Of a DNA stretch of 64,000 bases, positions 21,862-31,062 are shown one piece after another. How positions within the stretch are numbered: position 1 is the stretch's first letter; every line of letters starts with the position of its first letter. The DNA is from Prevotella sp. (lineage in GTDB: Bacteria > Bacteroidota > Bacteroidia > Bacteroidales > Bacteroidaceae): assembly GCA_017413085.1 (NCBI GenBank), contig JAFPVC010000036.1, positions 18,874 to 82,873 on the forward strand, in the 5' to 3' direction. The notes under the pieces are model-generated. The model worked only from the letters and a program-made list of their open reading frames with translations, made no database searches and was not told where the DNA came from. Both the position numbers and the translations under genes were made by a program.

Positions 21862-23112
21862 ATGAGAATACCGCCATTGCTGACAATATGTGTCATGCTC
21901 TCCGCCGGTATCATAGTGGGACACTATGCCGGTTTACACGATTTCATAGCTACTCACACTCCTTTAAGTGTGACTGCCATCAGCGGCATCGTCACGCTGG
22001 TCATGGTATCGGCAGCAGCCATGCTTCGCACCAGCGATCGTCTGGCAACACTGCTATTGCTTGCGTCAACATTTTCTCTCGGGGTTTTCCTAATCAGCAA
22101 CGACAACAACTCCTACTGTTTTACCTTTACCAACACAATTACCGAATATGCAAACAACTGTCGCACACGGTTACTGACAGTATTCAGTACCTGTGGACTG
22201 CAACACGACGACTATGCCATTGTGACCGCCATGACCCTTGGCGAACGTGGAATGATAAGCCATGACCTGCGCGAAGCCTACAGCATCAGCGGTGCCTCAC
22301 ACGTATTTGCGCTGTCAGGTATGCACCTCGGAATCATATATGCCTTACTGTCGGCACTGCTGCCACGCAGACTCATGTTTGTCCTTGGACGGTGGCACAC
22401 ATTGGGCGACTGGCTGCTCACACTTCTGCTGACCATCACTCTATGGGCTTACGTGGTGTTAACTGGCTGCCACCCTCCCATCATTCGAGCAGCCATAATG
22501 CTGAGCATCTATGCCATAACACGCCAGACGGCGCGACAACCGAGGAGCTCAAGCGTATTGATATTCACATTGTTTCTCATGCTGGTGATTTGGCCAGAAT
22601 GGTTGTTTGATGTTGGTTTCCAGATGTCGTTCATGGCACTGGCATCCATAATACTACTGTTTCTTCCGCTTAACCGCAGGCTTACCGACACGATGCCACA
22701 CAAGTGGTGCTACACCCCACTGCGGCTATTGCTGCAGACCATGCTGCTGTCCACTTGTGCCCAAATAGGCGTAGCTCCCCTCATAGCCCATTATTTTCAC
22801 CGTTTCTCCACGTATTTTTTGCTAACCAACCTGCCCGTGCCGCTGCTTGCCACACTAATTATATACAGCGCCATGGCACTGCTCTTTCTTGCAACCACGC
22901 CATTCACAATACTGACATCTGCAGCTGCTGGCGCACTGCGATGGTTGGCAAGCGCACAAAACGACTATCTCACATGGATATCCTCACTCCCCCATGCCTC
23001 TATCGACAATATTCAAATAAACACAATGCAGACCGTCACTGCCTATGCAATAACGGTCTGCCTCTGCATGCTTGCATATCACCTGCGGCACCTGTTGCGC
23101 AAGCGTCTGTAA
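21862..23112 (+). CDS. comEC: ComEC/Rec2 competence-domain membrane protein
   Basis: HVFALSGMHLG, RAAIM and DVGFQMSF motifs. Confidence 0.88.
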   Translation: MRIPPLLTICVMLSAGIIVGHYAGLHDFIATHTPLSVTAISGIVTLVMVSAAAMLRTSDRLATLLLLASTFSLGVFLISNDNNSYCFTFTNTITEYANNCRTRLLTVFSTCGLQHDDYAIVTAMTLGERGMISHDLREAYSISGASHVFALSGMHLGIIYALLSALLPRRLMFVLGRWHTLGDWLLTLLLTITLWAYVVLTGCHPPIIRAAIMLSIYAITRQTARQPRSSSVLIFTLFLMLVIWPEWLFDVGFQMSFMALASIILLFLPLNRRLTDTMPHKWCYTPLRLLLQTMLLSTCAQIGVAPLIAHYFHRFSTYFLLTNLPVPLLATLIIYSAMALLFLATTPFTILTSAAAGALRWLASAQNDYLTWISSLPHASIDNIQINTMQTVTAYAITVCLCMLAYHLRHLLRKRL

Positions 23113-23123
23113 TCATTCTTTCC

Positions 23124-23864
23124 TTAATATTCTATTTTCTCAAGAAACAGTGCATTGGCCGGCATTGACTCTCCTGCCTGAGTGCGTCTGCCGCCTTCTA
23201 TCACCTGTCGGAATTCATCCAGCGTCATGCGATGTCTGCCCACCTCAACCAGCGTTCCCACGACAGCACGCACCATATTGCGCAGGAAGCGGTTGGCACG
23301 TATGCGGAAATACCACTCTGTCTCTGATGTCTGCACCCAACGTGCCTCTGTAACGTCACACAATGTTGTCTTCACATCTGTATGACTTTTGCAGAAACAT
23401 GCGAAATCCTTATAGTCGAGCAGTAGCATGGCAGCTTCGTTCATCAAAGGGAAGTCAAGTTTGAAATGTGTCAGCCACGTATAGTGGCGGTTAAACGGAT
23501 CACGCACAGTGCTTACATAATAATGATATGTGCGCGCAGTGGCAGAGAATCGCGCGTGCATGTCTGTGCTGACGGGTTCTATCCTGTGTATTGAAATGTC
23601 AGGAGGCAACATGCGGTTGACTTTATAAGCCAAGTCTGCACAGTCTATTTCACGTGTATCATCCACCATATCAAAATGCGCGGCCATCTGCCGTGCATGC
23701 ACGCCGGCATCAGTGCGCCCTGCTCCTACAATGTCAATGGTGGTACGCAGTATGGTTGACAGACACCGCTCTATTTCACCCTCTACGCTGATGCCGTTGG
23801 GCTGTATCTGCCATCCATGATAGCGTGTGCCGTCATAAGATAAATATATGAAATAACGAGTCAT
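23124..23864 (-). CDS. truA: tRNA pseudouridine(38-40) synthase
   Basis: YDGTRYHGWQ, GAGRTDAGVHA and FLRNMVR motifs. Confidence 0.96.
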   Translation of the reverse strand: MTRYFIYLSYDGTRYHGWQIQPNGISVEGEIERCLSTILRTTIDIVGAGRTDAGVHARQMAAHFDMVDDTREIDCADLAYKVNRMLPPDISIHRIEPVSTDMHARFSATARTYHYYVSTVRDPFNRHYTWLTHFKLDFPLMNEAAMLLLDYKDFACFCKSHTDVKTTLCDVTEARWVQTSETEWYFRIRANRFLRNMVRAVVGTLVEVGRHRMTLDEFRQVIEGGRRTQAGESMPANALFLEKIEY

Positions 23865-23874
23865 AGCAAAACTA

Positions 23875-23946
23875 CTTCAATTCATCAACCCTTCAATCCT
23901 TCAATTTTTCAATTCTTCAATTCTTCAATCCTTCAATTCTTCAACC
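23875..23946. repeat. Tandem 8-nt repeat, 9 copies (consensus CTTCAATT)
   Basis: cttcaatt catcaacc cttcaatc cttcaatt tttcaatt cttcaatt cttcaatc cttcaatt cttcaacc. Confidence 0.85.
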
Positions 23947-24878
23947 CTTTTCTTGTACAGCTGCCACGAGTTGACCACATTGTGCCACACAGAGTAGAAA
24001 CCTCCGGCCGTGGCACTGACAGGTGACAGGAAGGTATATCCAAGCCATATAATAAAAATGGTGTTCTTCTGTCCCATGGCCTGTCCGCCTTCCATGCGGT
24101 AGCCATAACGGCCACCCACCCATTTGCCGAAAGCAAACTGAAACACACATGCCACCAGCGTAGCACCAGCTATGGCAGCTACGTGCCACAGTGATTCCTC
24201 TGTATGCACCAGTGCCCTTACGGTAATGGCAATAGCCAGTGACAGTGCAACCGCCCATAGGTAAAAGGCAAGGTCGCGCGTAGACAGTATCATGCGGTGA
24301 ACCCGCGGCATACAGTATCTTACTAACCATGCCAGCAGCAGCGGGAGCATAAGCAGTGGGAACACCTTTTTTATTATGGTGACGAATGCAGGAAGAAACG
24401 TCAGTCCCTCATGCGGATGTGCAAACGGCAGCAACAGCGGTGCCTCCATTGCCACTGCCAGGTTTATCATTATGGTGTAGGCCGTCGTCGTAGCAGAGTC
24501 ACCGCCGAGTTTCTGCGTCACCACGGCACATGCCGTCGCCGTAGGACAGATTATGGCGAGCATGAATCCCTCCAGCACCAACCGTGCGCCAGTGTCAGGA
24601 CAGAGCCACAGCACTGCACAGCATGCTGCAAACAGTATGCTTTGCGTCAACAACAACCACGCATGCCACCTGCGTGGTTTCAATGCTTTCGGACTGACCT
24701 TGCAGAATGCCACGAAAAGCATGACAAACAACAACAGCGGCTGCAGTATCTCAACACCGCCGAGCATTCTTTCTTTCGCATCAGGCGACAACGGCAGTTC
24801 TCTGGCCAAGAGATAAGCCAGTGCTCCTGTCAGCATAGCCACCGGCAACGTCCAGTTTTTCAGAAATCTGAGAATCAT
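23925..24878 (-). CDS. Bile acid:sodium symporter (BASS)-like transporter
   Basis: ICPTATA and GQKNT motifs; many TM segments. Confidence 0.8.
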   Translation of the reverse strand: MILRFLKNWTLPVAMLTGALAYLLARELPLSPDAKERMLGGVEILQPLLLFVMLFVAFCKVSPKALKPRRWHAWLLLTQSILFAACCAVLWLCPDTGARLVLEGFMLAIICPTATACAVVTQKLGGDSATTTAYTIMINLAVAMEAPLLLPFAHPHEGLTFLPAFVTIIKKVFPLLMLPLLLAWLVRYCMPRVHRMILSTRDLAFYLWAVALSLAIAITVRALVHTEESLWHVAAIAGATLVACVFQFAFGKWVGGRYGYRMEGGQAMGQKNTIFIIWLGYTFLSPVSATAGGFYSVWHNVVNSWQLYKKRVEELKD

Positions 24879-24883
24879 CGTTT

Positions 24884-25921
24884 TTAAAGTTCGCAATAAC
24901 GTTTTCTTCCTCGTGCGTAATAATTCCACAACAGGAATATTGGAGTTATACCCTTTGGCTCTGCAACAGCAGCCTCTTTCTGGATGCGCTCTCGCTCCGC
25001 CTTAAAGTCTTTTTTCCATCGGTGGAAGTCACGACGTGCACGCACCACCGCCTTGAAGTCGCCAAGACTGCGGCCAAGCACGAGCATCTGCAGTGCGGCC
25101 ACATAGTCAAGCAGCATGCGCATCAACATAACTCGATGCAGACGACCAGACGGTAGGTTCTTGTAGAGCATCGTGAGATTGTTGCGGAAGTTAAGGTAGG
25201 TTTTGCGCGGATTGCCTTGCGGCAGCGTTCCGCCGCCGAGGTGATATGCCACAGACTGTGGCATGCACACTACGCGCCTGCCCATCATGTTAAGTCGCCA
25301 ACACAGGTCTATTTCCTCGTTGTGGGCAAAGAAACGTCCGTCAAGCCCTCCTACTGCCCAGTAGTCCGTACGTCTAACCATAAGGCATGCCCCCGTAGCC
25401 CAAAGCACATCGGTAACGGTGTCATACTGCCCATGATCCATCTCTACAGTGTCAAACACCCTACCACGGCAGTATGGATAGCCGTATTTGTCAAGGTATC
25501 CACCGCACGCACCGGCATACTCAAACCACTCAGGTCGCTCATCGCTGAGCAACTTCGGCTGGCAAGCCGCCACATCATCGTGCGTTTCCATGTAGTCCGT
25601 CATTGCATCAAGCCACCCCGGCTTTACGCGCACATCGCTGTTAAGCAGTATGTAATAGTCTGGCAGCGGCACCCCCTGTGCATTATTCTCTGTCTCATAT
25701 TTCTCAAACGCCTTGTTGTAGCCGTCGGCAAACCCCCAGTTGCGGTCAAGCGTGACAATGCGTACTGTCGGAAACTTCTCAGATAGCATCTGCAACGAGT
25801 CGTCGGTAGATGCATTGTCGGCCACGACCACCTCAGCATCTCCGCTGTTTGCCACGACCGACGGCAGGTAACGCTGCATCATCTGCGAACCGTTCCAGTT
25901 TAGTATTATTATAGTTGTCAT
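24884..25921 (-). CDS. Glycosyltransferase family 2
   Basis: IIILNWNG, DNASTD, LLNSD, WATGAC and EEIDLCWR motifs. Confidence 0.93.
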   Translation of the reverse strand: MTTIIILNWNGSQMMQRYLPSVVANSGDAEVVVADNASTDDSLQMLSEKFPTVRIVTLDRNWGFADGYNKAFEKYETENNAQGVPLPDYYILLNSDVRVKPGWLDAMTDYMETHDDVAACQPKLLSDERPEWFEYAGACGGYLDKYGYPYCRGRVFDTVEMDHGQYDTVTDVLWATGACLMVRRTDYWAVGGLDGRFFAHNEEIDLCWRLNMMGRRVVCMPQSVAYHLGGGTLPQGNPRKTYLNFRNNLTMLYKNLPSGRLHRVMLMRMLLDYVAALQMLVLGRSLGDFKAVVRARRDFHRWKKDFKAERERIQKEAAVAEPKGITPIFLLWNYYARGRKRYCEL

Positions 25922-25948
25922 ATATTATTAAAACGTTGTTGTCAAGAA

Positions 25949-27292
25949 TCATCCTATCTCAGCCTTCAGTGCTGTCTTATCGTGGTTGAAGCCTGTGAGT
26001 CTCACACTCACAATCTGATTGTCGAGGTCTTCCGATGACTGACGTGCAGACAGTTCCACACGCACGTAATTCGGGGTGAAGCCGTGCATGGCTTTACCCT
26101 TGTCTGCCTTTTCAAATAATACAGGCATCTCCTTGTTTATATACTGTGAATAGAACTCCTCCGTCTTGCGGTCTGAGAGTTCAAGCAACCTCTGACTACG
26201 CTCGCGCTTGTCGGCATCGCTGACCACGTATGGAATCTTCAGCGCTGCTGTGCCCGGACGTTCACTGTAGGGGAAGACATGCAACTGCGTAACGGGCAGT
26301 TCTTCAAGCAAACGGTATGTCTCCTCAAAACACTCCGGCGTCTCGCCACGGCATCCCACCATTACGTCGACACCGATGAAGGCATCGGGCATCAACTGCT
26401 TGATGCGCAGTATCTTCTCACGAAACAGTGCCGTGTCGTAATGACGGTGCATCAGGCGCAGCACATGGTCGCTGCCGCTCTGCAGGGGTATGTGGAAATG
26501 CGGCATGAAGGCACGGCTGTCGGCACAATAACATATCAGTTCGTCGCTGATAAGGTCGGGCTCAAGGCTCGATATACGGTAACGCTGTATCTGCTCCACT
26601 CCGTCAAGGGCCTTGACCAAATCAAGGAACGACTCACCGGTGGTGCGGCCGAAGTCTCCTATGTTGACCCCGGTCAGCACTATCTCCTTGCCACCCTCGC
26701 CGGCCGCCACGCAAGCCTGTTCTACAAGCGAGGCAATCGAGGGGTTACGGCTGTTGCCGCGAGCCTTGGGTATGGTGCAGTAGGTGCAATAATAGTTACA
26801 GCCGTCCTGCACCTTTAGCCAGTAGCGCGTGCGGTTGCCACGGCTGCAGCTCGGTGCGAACGACCGTATGTCTTTCACCTTTTCTACTTTCCATTCGGTT
26901 TTGCTATCGCTATCATTCAGACATTCGCCCCATTTCTGACTGAGACGTTCTATGAGCGTAGCTTTTTCGTTGCTGCCCAGAATGAGGTTTACACCATCAA
27001 TCTTGCTGATTCGTTCAGGCGACAGTTGTGCATAGCACCCCGTCACGACGACGAATGCGCCCTCGTTCTCCTTCACCATGCGGCGTATGACCTGACGGCA
27101 TTTGCGGTCGGCAACCTCGGTGACGCTACACGTATTGATAAGACAGATATCGGCGCGCTCACCCTTCTGTGCGGTGCGCACACCCATTTCCTCCAGCATC
27201 TTGGCAAATGTGGAGGTCTCAGAAAAATTCAGTTTGCAGCCCAGCGTGTAGTAAGCCGCAGTCTTGCCCTGAAAGGCCGAAGTGTCAATCAT
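25949..27292 (-). CDS. mtaB: tRNA t6A methylthiotransferase (radical SAM)
   Basis: TLGCKLN, NTCSVT, CNYYCTYC radical-SAM motif, HVFPYSER. Confidence 0.92.
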   Translation of the reverse strand: MIDTSAFQGKTAAYYTLGCKLNFSETSTFAKMLEEMGVRTAQKGERADICLINTCSVTEVADRKCRQVIRRMVKENEGAFVVVTGCYAQLSPERISKIDGVNLILGSNEKATLIERLSQKWGECLNDSDSKTEWKVEKVKDIRSFAPSCSRGNRTRYWLKVQDGCNYYCTYCTIPKARGNSRNPSIASLVEQACVAAGEGGKEIVLTGVNIGDFGRTTGESFLDLVKALDGVEQIQRYRISSLEPDLISDELICYCADSRAFMPHFHIPLQSGSDHVLRLMHRHYDTALFREKILRIKQLMPDAFIGVDVMVGCRGETPECFEETYRLLEELPVTQLHVFPYSERPGTAALKIPYVVSDADKRERSQRLLELSDRKTEEFYSQYINKEMPVLFEKADKGKAMHGFTPNYVRVELSARQSSEDLDNQIVSVRLTGFNHDKTALKAEIG

Positions 27293-27356
27293 GAGTGCAA
27301 AGGTACTAACTTTTCCTGAGACTGCCAAATCATTTCAGTCAAGATTGCTTATTGCG

Positions 27357-27851
27357 TCAGTCATTATCTATGCTGTCAGCAGCTTCCACTAGCACGCCGT
27401 CACTCACCAGCTCCTCCATATAACTGCGTATGCGGGCGAGACCGTTGCCATCAGGCCTGGCATTGGAACCACCCGACAGGATTTTAGAACCATCTGAGAA
27501 CCTTGCACAGAAATGCCATCCCCAGCCATCGAGCACATGCAAGCGCGGCTGGTATGACTCCTTGTATCTATACATCTTCTCTTCCTCTATTATCTCACGG
27601 AAGCGTTTCATCTGCGACGCACCGATTACCTTTTCATACAGCGGCCCGTAGTTTTTCTTCATGGAGTGCACCACAAAGCGACCGGCAGAGTCGCGCTGCA
27701 CGCTTCCCTCATACTGATTCTCCGCCCGACACGTATTGGTGCTGTACTCTATACTCACCAGTTCACCCTCCGGCATTTGCTTTGCAGGCGAACAGCCCAG
27801 CCAGCACATCACGCTGCCAAGCACAAGCGACATAAAACCAACTTTCTTCAT
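27357..27851 (-). CDS. Hypothetical lipoprotein
   Basis: MKKVG...WLGC lipobox; VLDGWGW and SGGSNA conserved-looking motifs. Confidence 0.7.
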   Translation of the reverse strand: MKKVGFMSLVLGSVMCWLGCSPAKQMPEGELVSIEYSTNTCRAENQYEGSVQRDSAGRFVVHSMKKNYGPLYEKVIGASQMKRFREIIEEEKMYRYKESYQPRLHVLDGWGWHFCARFSDGSKILSGGSNARPDGNGLARIRSYMEELVSDGVLVEAADSIDND

Positions 27852-28192
27852 ATACCTTATATATATATTACACGGCAAAGTTACAAAAAGTCGAGCGAAA
27901 AGCCAAATTAATTTGTATTAAACTTACGATTCCTTGCAATAGAACATTTACATCACTAACTACGTTAATATTGCGCCATTTTCGTATAAAAACGGCTGTG
28001 TGCGAACACAAACAAACATTTAACTTTTGTTTACACTTTATAACCTGCGGATTATCAACGTTTTGCAAAAAAGTTACAAAACGAGGGTAAAAAAAAACAT
28101 AAAAAACCTTGCAAGTAATAAAAAAAGTACGTAACTTTGCATCGGTTTTAATAAACAAGATTGTTTTACAGATTTTTAAAAAGCTTAGAAAA

Positions 28193-28348
28193 ATGAAGAA
28201 ATTAGTTTTCATGTTCGTAGCTATGGCTGCGATTTCATTCGCTTCTTGTGGTAACACAACTGAGCAGGGTGCTGCTAACGATACCGTTGACACCGCTGCT
28301 GTTGACACTGCTGCTGTTGATACAGCTGCTGCTGACACTGCAAAGTAA
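28193..28348 (+). CDS. 51-aa lipoprotein with D-T-A/V repeats
   Basis: MKKLVFMFVAMAAISFASC lipobox then NDTVDTAAVDTAAVDTAAADTAK; own TAACTTTG box (28132) and terminator. Confidence 0.85.
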   Translation: MKKLVFMFVAMAAISFASCGNTTEQGAANDTVDTAAVDTAAVDTAAADTAK

Positions 28349-28380
28349 GCTATTAGCTCGAACAAAGCTAAGAAAGCTAC

Positions 28381-28418
28381 ACTGCCGAAATGACGAGAGT
28401 CACTTCGGCAGTTTTTTT
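28381..28418 (+). terminator. Intrinsic terminator
   Basis: actgccgaa.tgac gaga gtca.ttcggcagt hairpin followed by a T-run. Confidence 0.8.
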
Positions 28419-28448
28419 GTATCCATACAATTCATATCTGCACCCACC

Positions 28449-29732
28449 CTATGCAATAAGGCGAAGGATGCCTACGGCCTCGAAGAACATGGCTATGCCG
28501 AGGTGGATGATTATGCCGCCCCACAGGTGACGGGTACGGTAAGCAAGAATACCAAGCGTGTAACCGCCTATCACCGACGAGCACAGTTCCAAGTCGGGCT
28601 TGCCCAGGTGTATGCACATATAGGTTATGGCCATAGGCAGCACAGCACGAGGTCCAAGCCAACGTGTCAAGCCAATAACCAATGCTCCACGAAACATACT
28701 CTCTACCCCGAGAAAGTCATTGGCATAGCACAGCTCAAACAAGCCAACTACCTGCCAGTTGCTCCACCCCATGGCACTATCATAAAACACTATGTCCATC
28801 TTGGGATAATAGCTGAGAAACTGCGGCGTAAACGACACCGCAAGGAACAGCGGCAACAGCACCACATATATCAACCCATAAACACGCAGGTATTTGGCGG
28901 AACGAGTAAGTCCATACAGTCCGAAACGACCATCGGTAAGCCACCTGAACACACACAGCGACAAGACGATGAACACCGAGCGGAACATGAACGAACCAAC
29001 AAGCCGCATGTAATACATATCCTTGAACCACACGGCATGATCCTCAGCCCAACGATAATAGGCATGGAACCCCTGCCCTGCTCCATCAATACTGACTAAC
29101 AAAGCCGGCAGCAGCCATGACTGCCACTTACGCATGCGCCACAGTTCGCCATGCATCCACAGCGTAGGCAGCAGTGTAAGGAAATATGCAGTCATGTAAA
29201 CCATCGGCAACCTCAACATCGACGTTCCGTTGTCATACGACGGTTCGATGAGCCAGTCATACACATGAAAACGCAACTGCCCCACGATAATGAGCAACGC
29301 CAACGCAGCCACGTAAAGATACTTGGCAAGGCGGAAGTCACGGCGTATGAAATCGGCTATCTCGCCAATGAAGCATCCTACCTCATGAAGCAGCGTACCT
29401 TCACCTACAAACTGATGCCACCACCCGAACGGACGACGCTCATGGCGATAGTTCAGGTTACGCTCGTTGCCGTAGGCCTCGCGCTCGAAATACAATTTAA
29501 AATAGGCACGCATGAAACTGCGTTCCTTCACCGCACGGTACAGCCATTCCACGCAATACCACAGCATGAACCCCACATAGAGCATCTCGCGCTGCTGCAG
29601 GGTATGGATATACTCATGGTTCTCGTCGCGCTTACTCAACCTTCCTTTGTCACTACGACAGAATATCAGTCCACAAATGTTGGTGGCAAGAAACTTACCG
29701 AACGGAAAATATTTATTGTATATTACCTTCAA
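28449..29732 (-). CDS. CPBP (Rce1-like) intramembrane glutamic protease with N-terminal HExxH domain
   Basis: N-terminal HEYIH and FEREAY; C-terminal VESMFRG, YMCIHLGK and IIIHLGIA CPBP-type motifs. Confidence 0.75.
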   Translation of the reverse strand: MKVIYNKYFPFGKFLATNICGLIFCRSDKGRLSKRDENHEYIHTLQQREMLYVGFMLWYCVEWLYRAVKERSFMRAYFKLYFEREAYGNERNLNYRHERRPFGWWHQFVGEGTLLHEVGCFIGEIADFIRRDFRLAKYLYVAALALLIIVGQLRFHVYDWLIEPSYDNGTSMLRLPMVYMTAYFLTLLPTLWMHGELWRMRKWQSWLLPALLVSIDGAGQGFHAYYRWAEDHAVWFKDMYYMRLVGSFMFRSVFIVLSLCVFRWLTDGRFGLYGLTRSAKYLRVYGLIYVVLLPLFLAVSFTPQFLSYYPKMDIVFYDSAMGWSNWQVVGLFELCYANDFLGVESMFRGALVIGLTRWLGPRAVLPMAITYMCIHLGKPDLELCSSVIGGYTLGILAYRTRHLWGGIIIHLGIAMFFEAVGILRLIA

Positions 29733-29749
29733 TAATTAAGAATTATGAA

Positions 29750-31048
29750 TTATGCATTATGAAACGGAGGTTTACTTTCTATCACCGTCAGTTTTCCTGT
29801 CACTGGATGTATGAACTCCAACCTCGAAGCATGAAGATACATTCTGTCTGCCGCCACTCTGCCATATAATGGGTCGCCAAGTATGGGACGGTTCAGACCA
29901 TCACGATGAGCGCAGTGCATACGCAACTGATGCGTCCTGCCCGTCAGAGGACGCAGAACAGCATCGTTTCCGTTAATCTCATATTCCGTTACGGCCTCCT
30001 TGCCATGCTCATAGTCCACGCATTGGCGCGGACGGTTGAGGAAATCAGCCGACAGAGGCAACGACACGATGCCACTGGCTGGCGACACTCCATCTTCAAG
30101 CACAGCCACATATTCTTTCTTCACACCCTCATGGCGCGCGAACAGTCGCTGCATCTCTACAAACACCTCGTCGGTCTTGGCTGCCAGCAATATGCCTGAC
30201 GTATCCATGTCGAGTCTGTGCGTAACCTTATAGCCTATCATATCCTGTGCATTGGGCAGTCCTCTGCGCCCAGGCACAGAGAGCAGTCCACAGGGCTTAT
30301 CTACTGCAATTAGCCAAGGGTCTTCGTATATAAGTGAAGGGTGAAGACTTTCTCCTTTCCACTTTCTTCTTTCCACTTTCTTCTTTTCACATCCTTCATT
30401 CCCTGTCATCCACCATATTATTGGCTGACAGCGCGACTGACACGGTTCATAGAACTTACCATGATGACGCACCTCGCCATGCGGCGAAGCTCCATACCAG
30501 AACTCACGCAGTTCTACAGGCTTCAAGCCGTGACGGTTGGCATAGTTAAGCAATTTCGGTGCACAGCACTCGCCAGTGCCACTGGGGGGAACTGCCTGAT
30601 GCAGTCCTTCGCATGCAGCATACTGTTCAAACACATGCAACAGCGTATCATTATCACCGCAGGGATTTGTCAACACAAACTGCGAGAAAAGCCACCGCTG
30701 CAATGCCTGTGAACGCTCACGGCGCTCCTGGCGTATGGCATCGAGCCGACGGCGTTCTTCGCCTTTCACATTGATACCACGGTAACGCTCCACCTCACGG
30801 TTAAGCGCAGTGATTTCTGCCTCATGCGTCTTGAAATAGCCATCGGGCTGCAGATAGTCAAAGATGGCTGGCACATAACCCTCCCAGTCCGAACGTCCGC
30901 ATATCTGCCCGGAGTAGGCCTTCAGCACCTCACCAGAATCAGTAATGAGGAAGCCAAACATCTTACCACCCGACACCTCCTCACGCCATTCGTCGTGAGC
31001 TTCTATGTCTGCAATAATCTGTTGTTTGACTTCCTCAATACTATACAT
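29750..31048 (-). CDS. RluA-family pseudouridine synthase (Bacteroidetes long form)
   Basis: HRLDMDTSG, TGRTHQLRMHC and GDPLYG; N-terminal GKMFG and GECCAPKLL. Confidence 0.9.
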   Translation of the reverse strand: MYSIEEVKQQIIADIEAHDEWREEVSGGKMFGFLITDSGEVLKAYSGQICGRSDWEGYVPAIFDYLQPDGYFKTHEAEITALNREVERYRGINVKGEERRRLDAIRQERRERSQALQRWLFSQFVLTNPCGDNDTLLHVFEQYAACEGLHQAVPPSGTGECCAPKLLNYANRHGLKPVELREFWYGASPHGEVRHHGKFYEPCQSRCQPIIWWMTGNEGCEKKKVERRKWKGESLHPSLIYEDPWLIAVDKPCGLLSVPGRRGLPNAQDMIGYKVTHRLDMDTSGILLAAKTDEVFVEMQRLFARHEGVKKEYVAVLEDGVSPASGIVSLPLSADFLNRPRQCVDYEHGKEAVTEYEINGNDAVLRPLTGRTHQLRMHCAHRDGLNRPILGDPLYGRVAADRMYLHASRLEFIHPVTGKLTVIESKPPFHNA

Positions 31049-31062
31049 AGTCTATAGCAATA

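Noticed and set aside
27868-28365. 165-aa minus-strand ORF with AAVST repeats
   Set aside because: Antisense of the small lipoprotein, which has the lipobox, promoter and terminator
28248-29735. Long plus-strand ORFs (283 and 194 aa), and similar antisense ORFs over rluA, radA, mnmA, the lyases and the beta-barrel gene
   Set aside because: They overlap well-supported genes on the opposite strand and show no recognisable motifs
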